Position numbers and translations under genes: made by a program. Positions 10,580-20,399 of a stretch of DNA of 64,000 bases are shown piece after piece. The first letter of the stretch is position 1. The number at the start of each line of letters is the position of its first letter. The stretch spans positions 9,380 through 73,379 of the forward strand of contig JANQLJ010000014.1 of NCBI GenBank assembly GCA_028280665.1, in the 5' to 3' direction. Source of the DNA: Alphaproteobacteria bacterium (GTDB lineage: Bacteria > Pseudomonadota > Alphaproteobacteria > JAJFIK01). A model generated the notes under the pieces. The model made no database searches and was not told where the DNA came from. It worked only from the letters and a program-made list of their open reading frames with translations.

Positions 10580-12118
10580 TCACGTTGCGCCTTGAACGAT
10601 CAGAAAGTTACCATCGCGCGACGTGGCCACAACGGATTGGCCGGGCTCAAGCGGCGCCTCGGACCGAGATTGCCAGTTTTCACCATCAAGGAAAACAATG
10701 CCCTCATTACCGCTCCATTGGACGACCTTGCCTTTCATGCCGATCAGTTCCTCGGGTCCCGAGGTAACTTTTCGGCGCAACGCCCCTAGCGCATATGTCA
10801 GTACAAGGAACAGAATGATGCCAAACACGGCAAGCGTTCCCGCAAGAACGCGCCAATCAAGCTGGAACTCGGCAATGGGAGAATCGAACAAGAAGAAGGC
10901 TCCTATGGCAAAGGATATGAACCCGCCGATGGCGAGCACACCGCTTGAGACCACAAATAACTCGGCCCCCATCATAAGCAAACCGACAAGTATGAGGGCA
11001 AGGCCCGTCGCAGAGAACGGCAGCACGCTGAGAGCATAAAGCGCAAGGATCAGGCAGATCACGCCTACGGTGCCGGGCAGGATCGAGCCGGGATTGTAAA
11101 GCTCGATCAGAATGCCCAGCATGCCGAAATTCATCAGGATGAAAGCGACGTTGGGATCGGTGATAAGCGCGATGAGGTCTTGCACCCAGTTCATGGGCAC
11201 GCGCTCCACGGCCAGCCCCTCGCTTTGAACTTCAATCTCTCCGCTTGCGACCTCCACGGTCATACCGTCGGCTTGCGCGAAAAGACCGGCAAGGTCGCTT
11301 GCCACAATCTCAATTACGCCTTGTTCCAGCGCTTCGGAATAGCTGAGGCTTTCCGCATCGCGCACCATGGCTTCGGCAAATTCCACGTCGCGCCCGCGAA
11401 TTTCTGCAAGGCCCCGCACCAGCGCCAGCGCATCATTCATGGCCTTGGCATCGAGCGGGGTGCGCGGGGCGGTGGCACTAGCGCCTTCGGGTATAGGTTC
11501 CGTTTCGCCTTCCGTGACTTCGCCTTCCGCCGCCTCACCGTCGGGAGATTGGGGTTCTTCCGCCGGCGCTGCAGGCAACGGGCTTTCGCCACCCATTTGA
11601 ACAGGCGTCGCCGCGCCCACGGCGGTCCCCGGCGCCATGGCGGCGATGTGGCTGGCATAGAGAATAAACGCGCCCGCGCTTGCCGCCCGCGCGCCCGCCG
11701 GCGAGACGTAAGTCGCGACCGGCACTTCGGAAGCGAGGATCGCCTGGATGATCTCGCGCATGGAGGTGTCGAGCCCGCCGGGCGTATCCATCTCAAGAAC
11801 GATCAGGCTCGAGTTAAGTTGCGCGTCTTCGATTCCACCGACGATGTAGTGAGCCAGCGCGGGGCCGATGGCCCCATTGAGTTCCAAAAGCACGGCGCGG
11901 TTCGATTGGGGTGTCAAAGCGGCCAGCGCGTCTGATACGGCGTCTTCGTCAATGGGCTGGACCGTCACCGGCACGGACGGGGATGCCTCAACCGGCTGCA
12001 TGTCCTCTTCTTGCGCCAGGGACCCGGTCAGAAACCCGACAAGGCCGACCGCGATCAGCGAACCTGCAATCGTGCGGCGTAAGGTCTTGAAGTCTGGCAA
12101 GCGCAAGGGATGTTGCAT
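10580..12118 (-). CDS. NfeD-family membrane-bound serine protease (stomatin operon partner)
   Basis: Start trimmed to MQHPLRL. ClpP-like periplasmic domain, multi-TM middle and a C-terminal OB-fold-like segment (GKVVQWSGNEGIVFLDGENWQSRSEAP). Lies immediately upstream of the SPFH gene. Confidence 0.75.
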   Translation of the reverse strand: MQHPLRLPDFKTLRRTIAGSLIAVGLVGFLTGSLAQEEDMQPVEASPSVPVTVQPIDEDAVSDALAALTPQSNRAVLLELNGAIGPALAHYIVGGIEDAQLNSSLIVLEMDTPGGLDTSMREIIQAILASEVPVATYVSPAGARAASAGAFILYASHIAAMAPGTAVGAATPVQMGGESPLPAAPAEEPQSPDGEAAEGEVTEGETEPIPEGASATAPRTPLDAKAMNDALALVRGLAEIRGRDVEFAEAMVRDAESLSYSEALEQGVIEIVASDLAGLFAQADGMTVEVASGEIEVQSEGLAVERVPMNWVQDLIALITDPNVAFILMNFGMLGILIELYNPGSILPGTVGVICLILALYALSVLPFSATGLALILVGLLMMGAELFVVSSGVLAIGGFISFAIGAFFLFDSPIAEFQLDWRVLAGTLAVFGIILFLVLTYALGALRRKVTSGPEELIGMKGKVVQWSGNEGIVFLDGENWQSRSEAPLEPGQSVVATSRDGNFLIVQGAT

Positions 12119-12204
12119 GCAGTCCTCCGGCAATTCGTCCTGGTTATTTATGTAGCACACAATGCGGGCGGGTTTACGGTCAAATCTCGGCACCTGTTTC
12201 GCCT

Positions 12205-14214
12205 TTAAAACCGGCGGCTCAGCCCTATCTGCACGGCGCGTGGCTCCCCCGGGAAATAGCGATCCCTCCCGAAACTGAAATCGGCGCGTTCGGCGTAGTC
12301 CGTGCCCGCCGCATTGCGCAAAGCGGCAAAGATGCCCCAGCCTGCCCCCACCTGCCAGGCAATGCGCAGATTGATCAGATCGTGGCCTGGGTAGTCGTAC
12401 AGGTTCGAAGCGTCGGTGAAGTACTCGCCCACATGGACCCACTCGGCCTCGGCGCGGATGTCTTCACGGGGCGTCCAGACGAGCCGCAGATTCCCCAGCG
12501 TGCGGGGTGCGGTATCCACATCGTCGCCGGACGAGATTGATTCGGTGGAGTTGACCGCGACCGTATTGTCAAAGCGGTAAGTGTGATGCGCGTAAGTGCC
12601 GCTTGCCGCCAAAGTGAGCCAATCGGTCAAAGGCCAAGTCACCTCCGCTTCGACGCCCACGTGCCGCGTGCGCCCATCCGGCACGTTAAAGCCGTCCGTA
12701 TCGCGAAAGAAAAAATTCTCTTTCTCCATCCAGTAAGCGGTGACTTCGAGCCAGCCGGGTTCCCCGTGGCGCCGCACGCCCACTTCAAAACTGTCGAGGG
12801 TTTCGGGGTCGATTTCGCCCACCGCTTGTTTGCTTTGCAGGCGGTAGAGATCGGCGGTTTGCGGGGCGCGGCTGCCCCGCGCGTAGTTGGCAAAGGCAGT
12901 CCAGTCATCATTTAGATCCGCCACCACGCCGAGGCGAGGGTTGAGCGTGGTGAATTCATCCGTGCGGTCCGGCGGCCTTTGGAAACGTCCCACCGTGTCG
13001 CTGGCGGTCTGGTTGTCGTAATCGTAGATGGTGTGTTCCGCCCGCGCGCCCGCAACGATGCGGAGGCGGCGGCCCACCGGCCATTCGCTGTGCACATAAG
13101 CCGCAAGCACCGTGGCACTCACTTCGTAGTCGTAGTGAACACCTTGCGGGAAGGTGCCGAAGCTGGGTAGCTCCTGCGTTTCGCGCAGATACCCGCGTGT
13201 CCATTCGCCATCCGCGCCGAAGATCACCTCCGCGCCGTTCACATCGAAGTAGAGCGCACTGAGAAGACCCGCGCTCGTGTGTCCACTTTCCTCAAGTGCC
13301 TCGGAGGGCAAAAAGTGCATGAGGAATTCCATTTCATTCGCGCGCATATAAGGCGTGAGCGACAGGCGCGCGCCGTTGCCTACATCGCGTTCCCACCTGC
13401 TTGAGAGGCGGAACGCATAAGCGTCGCGGAAAGCTTCCGGGTCGGCATTGGTGCGCGCGAGCTGGCTGTTGTCATAAGCGTTTTCGCCAAAGATAAACCC
13501 GGCCGTTTCCTGACCTAACTGCACAAAACTCGCGACCGTATCGCTGGACCAGCGCTCCCCGTCCCACAGGTGCCGGGTTGAGACTTTCAAGTGATCAAGG
13601 CTTGCGTCATCGCGGAAACCGTCTTCGTGCAAGAAGGTGCCGCCGAGGGCGAACTGGTGCACGCCGCGCGTCTCGCTGACCCAGCCGTTGCCGCGCCAGC
13701 GCCCGAAGGAGCCGCCAAGGCCTTCCAAAAAACCTTCCGAGCCCTCGCCCACGCGCGGGATCACATTGATGAGCCCATGAACCGCGTTCGATCCATAAAG
13801 AGAACTCCCCGGGCCCCGCACCACCTCGATGGCTTCGGCAAACTCCGCATGCGCTTCGAAAAGCCCGTTCACATTGGCAAAGCCCGCCGCGCGTAAAGGC
13901 ACGCCGTTTTCAAGATAAAGAAACGAGCCCGCGCCCGCACCGCCCGTAAGCACCGGCGAGCGGATGGCCGTCAGGTGCTCGGCGCCATTGCCGCGGTGAA
14001 GATTGACCCCCGGCAGGCGGTTCAGGGCCTCGGCCATATGGTCAGGGTGAATGAACGCGATCTCGCCTTTGCCGAGCCGAGCCGTGTTACCCGCATGGCC
14101 AGCGGCGGGCGCCTCGGTCCGGGTGCCGGTGATAACGAAAACCTCCGGCTCTTCCGCCGCCCACCCGCAGACGGGCACCAGCAGGGTCAATAGAAAGAAG
14201 TACTCACGCCGCAC
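12205..14214 (-). CDS. TonB-dependent outer-membrane receptor
   Basis: Plug-domain motifs (EVFVITGTR, PGVNLHRGNGAEH, IEVVRGPGSSLYGSNAVHGLINVI) and a terminal …IGLSRRF. Start placed at a GTG (VRREYFFLLTLLVPVCGWAA signal peptide) with a GGGAGG SD 7 nt upstream; the start is uncertain. Confidence 0.8.
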   Translation of the reverse strand: MRREYFFLLTLLVPVCGWAAEEPEVFVITGTRTEAPAAGHAGNTARLGKGEIAFIHPDHMAEALNRLPGVNLHRGNGAEHLTAIRSPVLTGGAGAGSFLYLENGVPLRAAGFANVNGLFEAHAEFAEAIEVVRGPGSSLYGSNAVHGLINVIPRVGEGSEGFLEGLGGSFGRWRGNGWVSETRGVHQFALGGTFLHEDGFRDDASLDHLKVSTRHLWDGERWSSDTVASFVQLGQETAGFIFGENAYDNSQLARTNADPEAFRDAYAFRLSSRWERDVGNGARLSLTPYMRANEMEFLMHFLPSEALEESGHTSAGLLSALYFDVNGAEVIFGADGEWTRGYLRETQELPSFGTFPQGVHYDYEVSATVLAAYVHSEWPVGRRLRIVAGARAEHTIYDYDNQTASDTVGRFQRPPDRTDEFTTLNPRLGVVADLNDDWTAFANYARGSRAPQTADLYRLQSKQAVGEIDPETLDSFEVGVRRHGEPGWLEVTAYWMEKENFFFRDTDGFNVPDGRTRHVGVEAEVTWPLTDWLTLAASGTYAHHTYRFDNTVAVNSTESISSGDDVDTAPRTLGNLRLVWTPREDIRAEAEWVHVGEYFTDASNLYDYPGHDLINLRIAWQVGAGWGIFAALRNAAGTDYAERADFSFGRDRYFPGEPRAVQIGLSRRF

Positions 14215-14367
14215 GAAAGGGCCTCCCTCGCCCCTGGAGACATACGCCGCCGGGCCCCCAAGTTCAAACCATCCGGGCAGCCCGAAGACGCCTAGGGCTT
14301 TGCGCCCTCCCTCCCATTTGCTATGAGCGCCCTTCGAGTGTGCTCCAGAAAGCCCAAGACCGCGCCC

Positions 14368-17300
14368 ATGTTCAAAGACGTAAACTCCAAAGTGAATTTC
14401 CCCGCCCTTGAGGAGGATATCCTCAAGCACTGGGAGGCAGACGGCATCAAGCTGAAAGCCATTGCCAAGGACGGCGGCAAGGGCGCCTGGGTCTTTTACG
14501 AAGGCCCGCCCACGGCCAACGGCAAACCCGGCATTCACCACGTCTCGTCGCGGACCGTGAAAGACGTCTATTGCCGCTTTAAAACCATGCAGGGCTATCA
14601 CGTGGACCGGCGCGGCGGGTGGGACACCCATGGCCTGCCCGTCGAGATCGAAGTCGAGAAAGAAATCCAGAGCCGCGGCAAGCAGGACATTGAAAAGTTC
14701 GGCGTCGAACAGTTCAACGCCCTCTGCAAGGAAAGCGTCTTCCGCTACATTCAGGACTGGTACAAGCTGACCGACCGCATTGCCTTTTGGGTCGATCTCG
14801 ACCGTTCCTACGTCACTTACGACAACGACTACATCGAAACCGAGTGGTGGATCCTCAAAAGCCTATGGGATCGCGGTCTTCTTTACGAAGACTACAAGAC
14901 CACCATGCATTGCCCGCGTTGCGACACATCCCTCGCCGATCACGAAGTAAGCCAGGGCATGAAGGAAGACGTGGATGACCCGGCGGTGTGGGTGAAGTTC
15001 ACGCTCGACCGCGGCATGGCCGTTGAACGCGGGCTGATTGACGCGGACGAAACCCGGCCGCTCTCGCTCATGGCCTGGACGACGACGCCCTGGACCCTCG
15101 GCGGTAACGTGGGCATGTCCATCTCGGCCAAGACCACCTATGCCCTCGTCGCCGCGCGCGGCCAGCACAAACGCGACGCCGCGCCGCAAGAGCTGATGAT
15201 CGTCGCAACGCCGCTGGTGGACGAGGTCTTCGAAGACGAAGAGGCCGAAGTCGTTCGCGAACTCAAGCCCGAGGAGCTGACCGGGCTCAGGTACGACCCG
15301 GTCCTTTGCGGTGTCGCGCCCAGCGGCAACAATATGGAGAACATCTATACGGTCTTCATCGACGAAGACGTGGAAGTGGATACGGGCACCGGTGTCATCC
15401 ACAACGCAACGGCCTATGGCGACATGGAAGTGGGTGAGCGGCACAGCCTGCCGGTGATGTTCTCGGCGGGCCAGGACGGCAACATGCTGTCGGGCCTGCG
15501 GCACCCCGACCAAAAAGACGGCGACGGGCCTTATGCAGGTGTCTTCTTCAAGGAAGCGGACAAGCTGATCATCCGTGATCTGAAGGAACGCGGGAGCCTT
15601 TACCGTTCTGCGCGCATCAAGCACGCCTATCCCCATTGCTGGCGGGACGACACGCCCTTGCTCTTTTATGCAAAGACGAGCTGGTACATCCGCACGACGG
15701 CGGTGAAAGACAAGTTGCTTTCAAACAACAACGACATCAACTGGGTCCCCGGCCATGTGCGCGAGGGACGCTTCGGGCGCTGGCTTGAAAACAATATCGA
15801 CTGGGCGATCAGCCGCGAACGCTTCTGGGGCTGCCCCTTGCCCATCTGGAAAGCCGAAGACGGTGAGTGCCTTTGCGTGGGCTCGGTGGCAGAGCTTTCC
15901 GAACTTGCGGGCAAGGACCTTTCGGGGCTCGATCTGCACCGGCCCTTTGTCGACGATGTTGTTATCGAAAAGGACGGCAAGACCTTTCGCCGCGAACAGC
16001 AGACGGTGGACGTCTGGTTCGATTCAGGGGCCATGCCCTATGCCCAATGGCACTACCCGTTTGAAGAGCCCGAGGCCTTCGCCGAACGGTTTCCAGCGGA
16101 TTTCATTGCAGAGGCCATGGACCAGACGCGCGGGTGGTTCTATTCGCTCCACGCCATTGCCACCCTGCTCACCTATGGCGGTGGGAAGACCGCGCCCGCG
16201 GGCCCGCTCGCAGGGCTTGTCAAAGACACCTCATCCTTCAAGAACGTGGTGGCGCTCGGCTTCATCAATGATGCTGAAGGCCGCAAGATGTCCAAATCGC
16301 GCGGCAACACCGTGGACCCTTGGGACGTGCTCAACAAGGAAGGGTGCGACCCCTTGCGCTGGTACATTCTCAGCGACAACCCTCCGGGTACGAACCTTTC
16401 CTTTAACCGCAAAGATATTCAGCAAACGCACCTGGGGTTCTTTCTCACATTGTGGAACGTCTATTCGTTCTTTGTGACTTACGCGAACATCGCAAAGCCC
16501 GACCTTGCCGCGAGCCAGCACGTGAGCGCACGGCCGGAGATTGACCGCTGGCTTGAATCCAAACGCCACCAACTCATTTTGGATGTGACCCACGCGCTTG
16601 AGCACTTCGGCGCCCCTGCGGCCACCAAGGCGATTTCCGTTTTCGTGGATGAGCACCTTTCCAATTGGTACGTGCGGCGGAGCCGCCGCCGCTTTTGGGA
16701 GACCGAGGACCCGCATGACGCGGGCGCCGCGTTCCGCACGCTGTACGATGCACTGTTGACTGTGGTGAAGCTCATGGCGCCGCTGGCGCCCTTCGTTTCC
16801 GAAGCCATCTATCAGAACCTCGCACCCGCCGGCGGCAACGCCAAAGAGTCGGTTCATCTCGATGAGTGGCCCGCGGCGGACGAAAGCCTTATCGATGCCT
16901 CGCTGAACGAGGCCATGGCGCTGGTGCTGCGGCTTGTTTATCTCGGCCGCGCCGCGCGTTCGGGCGCGAACATCCGCCTGCGCCAGCCCTTGCGGCAAGT
17001 CTTTCTGCGCTTGGCGAAGGACAGCGACCGGGAGATCTTGGACCGCTATGCCGACCTCATCAAAGAAGAACTGAACGTCAAGGATCTGGTCGTGCTCGAC
17101 CCCGCGGCGCTTGAACAATATGTGGACTATGCGCTCAGGCCCAACTTCCAGACCCTGGGCAAGCGGCTTGGCAAGCTTGTCCCTGCGTTCCGCAAAAAGA
17201 TCGCGGAACCCGAAGTGCTCGCCGGAACGGTGGATGCCATCCTCGGCAAAAAGCCCATCGCAATCGAAGTGGAAGGTGAGGCCCTTGCGCTGGACGCGGA

Positions 17301-17655
17301 AGATTTTCTCCTCGACGTGAAAGGCAAGGCGGGCTTCGCCACCGCCTATGGGGAAGGTTATCTGATCGCGCTCGATACGGAACTCGACGAAGGCCTTATT
17401 GAAGAAGCGCGGCTGCGCGAGTTTCTGCGCCTTGCGCAGGATGCCCGGCGGCGTGCGGACTTTAATGTTACCGACCGGGTGTCTCTCGGGATCGGTGGTG
17501 ACGGGGCCGAAGCCTTTATCGACCGTCACGGGAAGACGCTCGAGCGCGACTTGCTGGCGACGTCCATCGTCAAGGGCGTCATGACGGACGCGGAAATCAC
17601 CGACAAGGCCGATCTCGACGGCGTGACCTTGAGTTTCGGATTAAAGCGCACCTAA
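14368..17655 (+). CDS. ileS: Isoleucine--tRNA ligase, type 2 (eukaryote/archaeal-like)
   Basis: HIGH region PTANGKPGIHH and KMSKS. The segment GRFGRWLENNIDWAISRERFWGCPLPIW is of type-2 flavour. About 1095 aa with no E. coli-type C-terminal Zn finger. Start at MFKDVN. Confidence 0.95.
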   Translation: MFKDVNSKVNFPALEEDILKHWEADGIKLKAIAKDGGKGAWVFYEGPPTANGKPGIHHVSSRTVKDVYCRFKTMQGYHVDRRGGWDTHGLPVEIEVEKEIQSRGKQDIEKFGVEQFNALCKESVFRYIQDWYKLTDRIAFWVDLDRSYVTYDNDYIETEWWILKSLWDRGLLYEDYKTTMHCPRCDTSLADHEVSQGMKEDVDDPAVWVKFTLDRGMAVERGLIDADETRPLSLMAWTTTPWTLGGNVGMSISAKTTYALVAARGQHKRDAAPQELMIVATPLVDEVFEDEEAEVVRELKPEELTGLRYDPVLCGVAPSGNNMENIYTVFIDEDVEVDTGTGVIHNATAYGDMEVGERHSLPVMFSAGQDGNMLSGLRHPDQKDGDGPYAGVFFKEADKLIIRDLKERGSLYRSARIKHAYPHCWRDDTPLLFYAKTSWYIRTTAVKDKLLSNNNDINWVPGHVREGRFGRWLENNIDWAISRERFWGCPLPIWKAEDGECLCVGSVAELSELAGKDLSGLDLHRPFVDDVVIEKDGKTFRREQQTVDVWFDSGAMPYAQWHYPFEEPEAFAERFPADFIAEAMDQTRGWFYSLHAIATLLTYGGGKTAPAGPLAGLVKDTSSFKNVVALGFINDAEGRKMSKSRGNTVDPWDVLNKEGCDPLRWYILSDNPPGTNLSFNRKDIQQTHLGFFLTLWNVYSFFVTYANIAKPDLAASQHVSARPEIDRWLESKRHQLILDVTHALEHFGAPAATKAISVFVDEHLSNWYVRRSRRRFWETEDPHDAGAAFRTLYDALLTVVKLMAPLAPFVSEAIYQNLAPAGGNAKESVHLDEWPAADESLIDASLNEAMALVLRLVYLGRAARSGANIRLRQPLRQVFLRLAKDSDREILDRYADLIKEELNVKDLVVLDPAALEQYVDYALRPNFQTLGKRLGKLVPAFRKKIAEPEVLAGTVDAILGKKPIAIEVEGEALALDAEDFLLDVKGKAGFATAYGEGYLIALDTELDEGLIEEARLREFLRLAQDARRRADFNVTDRVSLGIGGDGAEAFIDRHGKTLERDLLATSIVKGVMTDAEITDKADLDGVTLSFGLKRT

Positions 17656-18077
17656 GCGATTTCTTCGATTTGCGCAGGGGTCCAATTCTTGGCGCGGCGG
17701 GCATTGCGGGTTTCGGCATCTTCGTCATCGAAGTCCATCGGCGTTGCGGTTTTCTCTGCAAGCTCTTTCAGGAGCGCGCCCGCCACATTGACGACCGAAC
17801 GCAGACCGTTTGACGTTTCCGTAACCGCACCCAGATAAACCCCGCAGCGCGCGCAGGAAACGAACTCCGCCGACTCATGCCCGAACCGGTACGTGCGCAG
17901 CGCGCCTGGTTTGTGGCGATACGTGACGAGGCCATTTGGGTCGCTGGTGTAAACGGGGCGTGTGCGCTGACAAAACGTACAGCCGCATGTCCGCACCGCA
18001 ATCCTATCGGTATCCGTATCGGTCGCGAACTCTACACGCACGTCACCGCAATGGCATCGGCCCTTGTGTACCGGCAT
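17652..18077 (-). CDS. GFA (glutathione-dependent formaldehyde-activating/CENP-V) family protein
   Basis: Cys-rich motifs CHCGDVRVE, CGCTFCQ, CARCGVYLG. Confidence 0.7.
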   Translation of the reverse strand: MPVHKGRCHCGDVRVEFATDTDTDRIAVRTCGCTFCQRTRPVYTSDPNGLVTYRHKPGALRTYRFGHESAEFVSCARCGVYLGAVTETSNGLRSVVNVAGALLKELAEKTATPMDFDDEDAETRNARRAKNWTPAQIEEIA

Positions 18078-18193
18078 CGGCTACTCCTCACTCTGGGGTG
18101 AATACGATAGTAGCGATGCCGGTTGCGCGATATGGGACACGCTGCATACCACCCATGAGCGATCGGCATGCCAATCTCGGAATACGGCAAGAC

Positions 18194-19027
18194 TTAAGTG
18201 TCTTCACGTAACAAGTCCGCTTGCGCCGTGGAGATACGGTTCAGAAAATCGCGCAGTTGTACCCAGCGGCCTTGCTCTGCCTGTGAAGCGGGCACGGCCC
18301 CGTGGGAGGAAAACCGGGGCGGTGGGCCCTCCGTCAGCAAACCAAAGGACGTTGTCGCCGGAACGTCCCCGTCCACCAGAATAACATGAGCAAGAAGCCA
18401 TTCGCCCTCGCGCGCAACGATCAGTACACGGTCAAATTCCGCAAGCATCGCAGAGGCGGTAGACGCGGAGACCGAGTTTTCCGCCTTGGCATTTTCCAAA
18501 CCCAGTTTGACCTGCGCCCGCTCCGTGTTGCGGTTCACAAAACGCACCCCGAGGGGGATTTGATCAAGCGCGTCCGCCGCCGGGGGCACCGAGAGGATTT
18601 CAAACGAGACCGTGTTGGAACGGCGCTTCTCCCCGCCCGCGGTCCGGCCAAGGGCAAACACGCCGAAACGCTTTTCCCGCCGCCGCGACATGGTGAAGCC
18701 GATTTCCGCCTGCACCTTGGGGATTCGGTAGGCGCTCGGCAATGCGCCCTCGGGCCGATCCCGATTGTAGGCAAAGGACTGCCTGTCGAGTTCGTCCTGG
18801 GCGGCAACCATGCCGTCGCCCACTTGGGTGAAAAAGTCCTCGATACGGCCCGGCGGGGTCGCGTCCGGAATAAGCCCGCCCAAGCGGTCCACGTGTTCGT
18901 CGAGCCGTTCATACAGATCGATCAGTTGGTCTTCGTCCATGGCGGCGAAGTCCGCTTGGCTTTTTGAAAGAAGCCGCCGCACATCGACAAGCGCCGCGAC
19001 GATGGCCGCACGGGTCTCGGAGGTCAT
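18194..19027 (-). CDS. Hypothetical protein (second gene of a two-gene operon)
   Basis: Start at MTSETRAAI, 6 nt downstream of the partner gene's stop. No motif recognised. Confidence 0.4.
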   Translation of the reverse strand: MTSETRAAIVAALVDVRRLLSKSQADFAAMDEDQLIDLYERLDEHVDRLGGLIPDATPPGRIEDFFTQVGDGMVAAQDELDRQSFAYNRDRPEGALPSAYRIPKVQAEIGFTMSRRREKRFGVFALGRTAGGEKRRSNTVSFEILSVPPAADALDQIPLGVRFVNRNTERAQVKLGLENAKAENSVSASTASAMLAEFDRVLIVAREGEWLLAHVILVDGDVPATTSFGLLTEGPPPRFSSHGAVPASQAEQGRWVQLRDFLNRISTAQADLLREDT

Positions 19028-19032
19028 GGCGC

Positions 19033-19590
19033 TCAACCCGACGGTTGCGCGCTTGCGGAAATGGATGTCCAAATCTCGTGCACCCTGTCATAGATGTCCT
19101 GATCGAGAGATGTGGCAAGCGGGAGTTGCGGCGCATCTTCTTCGGTGGCAATGGCGCGGTCGAGCAAGCGGCTCACCAGTTGTCCATCGGGCACGGCATG
19201 GATGGTTGCCGTGATGCGCGCCGCCGAGCGGTACTCCTGCCCGTAGCCCATGGACATTGCAGCGCTCACGTGCAGCATCTTGAACGTCGCCCCACCGCCC
19301 ACCATGGTTGAGCGCTGTTTCATCTCGGCAAGGTCCGCGGCGAACTCGACCACTGATTCCGTATACTGATAACGGTTGGGGGAAAGCGACTTGATTAAAT
19401 TCAAAAGCGCTTCGCCGCGCGCATCTCCGCCAGCACCATCCAAGTGATCCGCCGCCATGCGCATCAGCGCCTTGAGGCTTTCCACATAATCCTTGTTGAG
19501 CAGCTTCTGGGCGGCGGCAATGTTCCGGCCCAGATCACCCACTACATCGGCAACCTCCACAAGCTGGCTTGTCAGTCTGTCTTCACTCAT
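19033..19590 (-). CDS. Hypothetical protein (first gene of a two-gene operon)
   Basis: 185-aa ORF. Helical, no motif recognised. Confidence 0.4.
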   Translation of the reverse strand: MSEDRLTSQLVEVADVVGDLGRNIAAAQKLLNKDYVESLKALMRMAADHLDGAGGDARGEALLNLIKSLSPNRYQYTESVVEFAADLAEMKQRSTMVGGGATFKMLHVSAAMSMGYGQEYRSAARITATIHAVPDGQLVSRLLDRAIATEEDAPQLPLATSLDQDIYDRVHEIWTSISASAQPSG

Positions 19591-19776
19591 CGGGCTCTCC
19601 TTTCTCTCGGCATGAGACGAAAGGCTAACCGCGCAGCAAACAATGGGGATTTAGCGGGGACAACCTCTACCTTGGACAACCCGCAAGAAGGACATCGCGG
19701 CGAGAATCCCGCAGGTGCTTGCCGCTTTGCGCTGATTTTCGTATGGAACCAGTCCTGCCGGGAGCGCGGATACGCC

Positions 19777-20208
19777 ATGCATTACCAGTACACATTCGAG
19801 GTCGGACCGGACGCCATCGACGAGAACGGTCACGTCAACAACGTCGAATATGTGCGCTGGATGCAGGAAGCCGCGACCCGTCACGCCGAGGCCATGGGCT
19901 CACTCGCCGCCCTCGCCGATCTCGACGCGACCTGGGTGGTACGCGAACACGACATCAAGTATTTCCAGCCTGCCTTTGCCGGCGACCGTATCGGGGTGCA
20001 AACCTGGATCGAGAACTTCCGCAAAGTGCGGTCCTTGCGCCGCTACAGGTTCGTGAAACTTGACGGCTATGTGGTGCTTGCCGAAGGCGCCACCCACTGG
20101 ATCTTCGTGAGCACCAAAACGGGCAAGCCCATGACCGTGCCGCCGCACATTCAAGAGCTTTTCACCATCGTGCCCGACCCCGCCGCCATCCCAACGGATA
20201 CCTGGTAG
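19777..20208 (+). CDS. Acyl-CoA thioesterase, hotdog fold (YbgC/4HBT-like)
   Basis: Start trimmed to MHYQYTFEV. GHVNNVEYVRWMQEA is a typical 4HBT thioesterase segment. 143 aa. Confidence 0.65.
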   Translation: MHYQYTFEVGPDAIDENGHVNNVEYVRWMQEAATRHAEAMGSLAALADLDATWVVREHDIKYFQPAFAGDRIGVQTWIENFRKVRSLRRYRFVKLDGYVVLAEGATHWIFVSTKTGKPMTVPPHIQELFTIVPDPAAIPTDTW

Positions 20209-20309
20209 GCGCGGCAAACCCCCGCACGAATCACTTGCCCCAGTTGGCGCAAAGCCAAGTTTGGCGGCTCGATGGGTGCGCTACATCTGCGGCAAAAAGC
20301 GCTGGCCGC

Positions 20310-20323
20310 TTGACGCATGTCAA
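20310..20323. promoter_or_regulatory. FNR/FixK-type anaerobox TTGAC-N4-GTCAA upstream of ccoN
   Basis: Perfect palindrome TTGACGCATGTCAA about 77 bp upstream of the ccoN ATG. Known FixK/FnrL control of cbb3 operons is background knowledge, not shown here. Confidence 0.5.
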
Positions 20324-20399
20324 GCACCGTTCCACTAATTCGATCTAGATACCCCGTGGGGCGCGCGACGCGCCCCTTGCAGGAAAGAGGGGAACCCCT

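Noticed and set aside
14215-14367. Possible cobalamin or other riboswitch ahead of the TonB-dependent receptor
   Set aside because: Only about 150 bp separate the receptor start from divergent ileS, which is too short for a B12 element, and no conserved riboswitch core is seen.
12205-14631. Full 808-aa extent of the TonB-receptor ORF
   Set aside because: The N-terminal 139 codons overlap the ileS promoter and start, and contain no signal peptide. A GTG with a strong SD immediately precedes the signal peptide, so the gene was trimmed to 14214.
16231-17529. 432-aa minus-strand ORF (and 14863..15636) inside ileS
   Set aside because: Antisense to an unambiguous ileS reading frame. Artefact of high GC.
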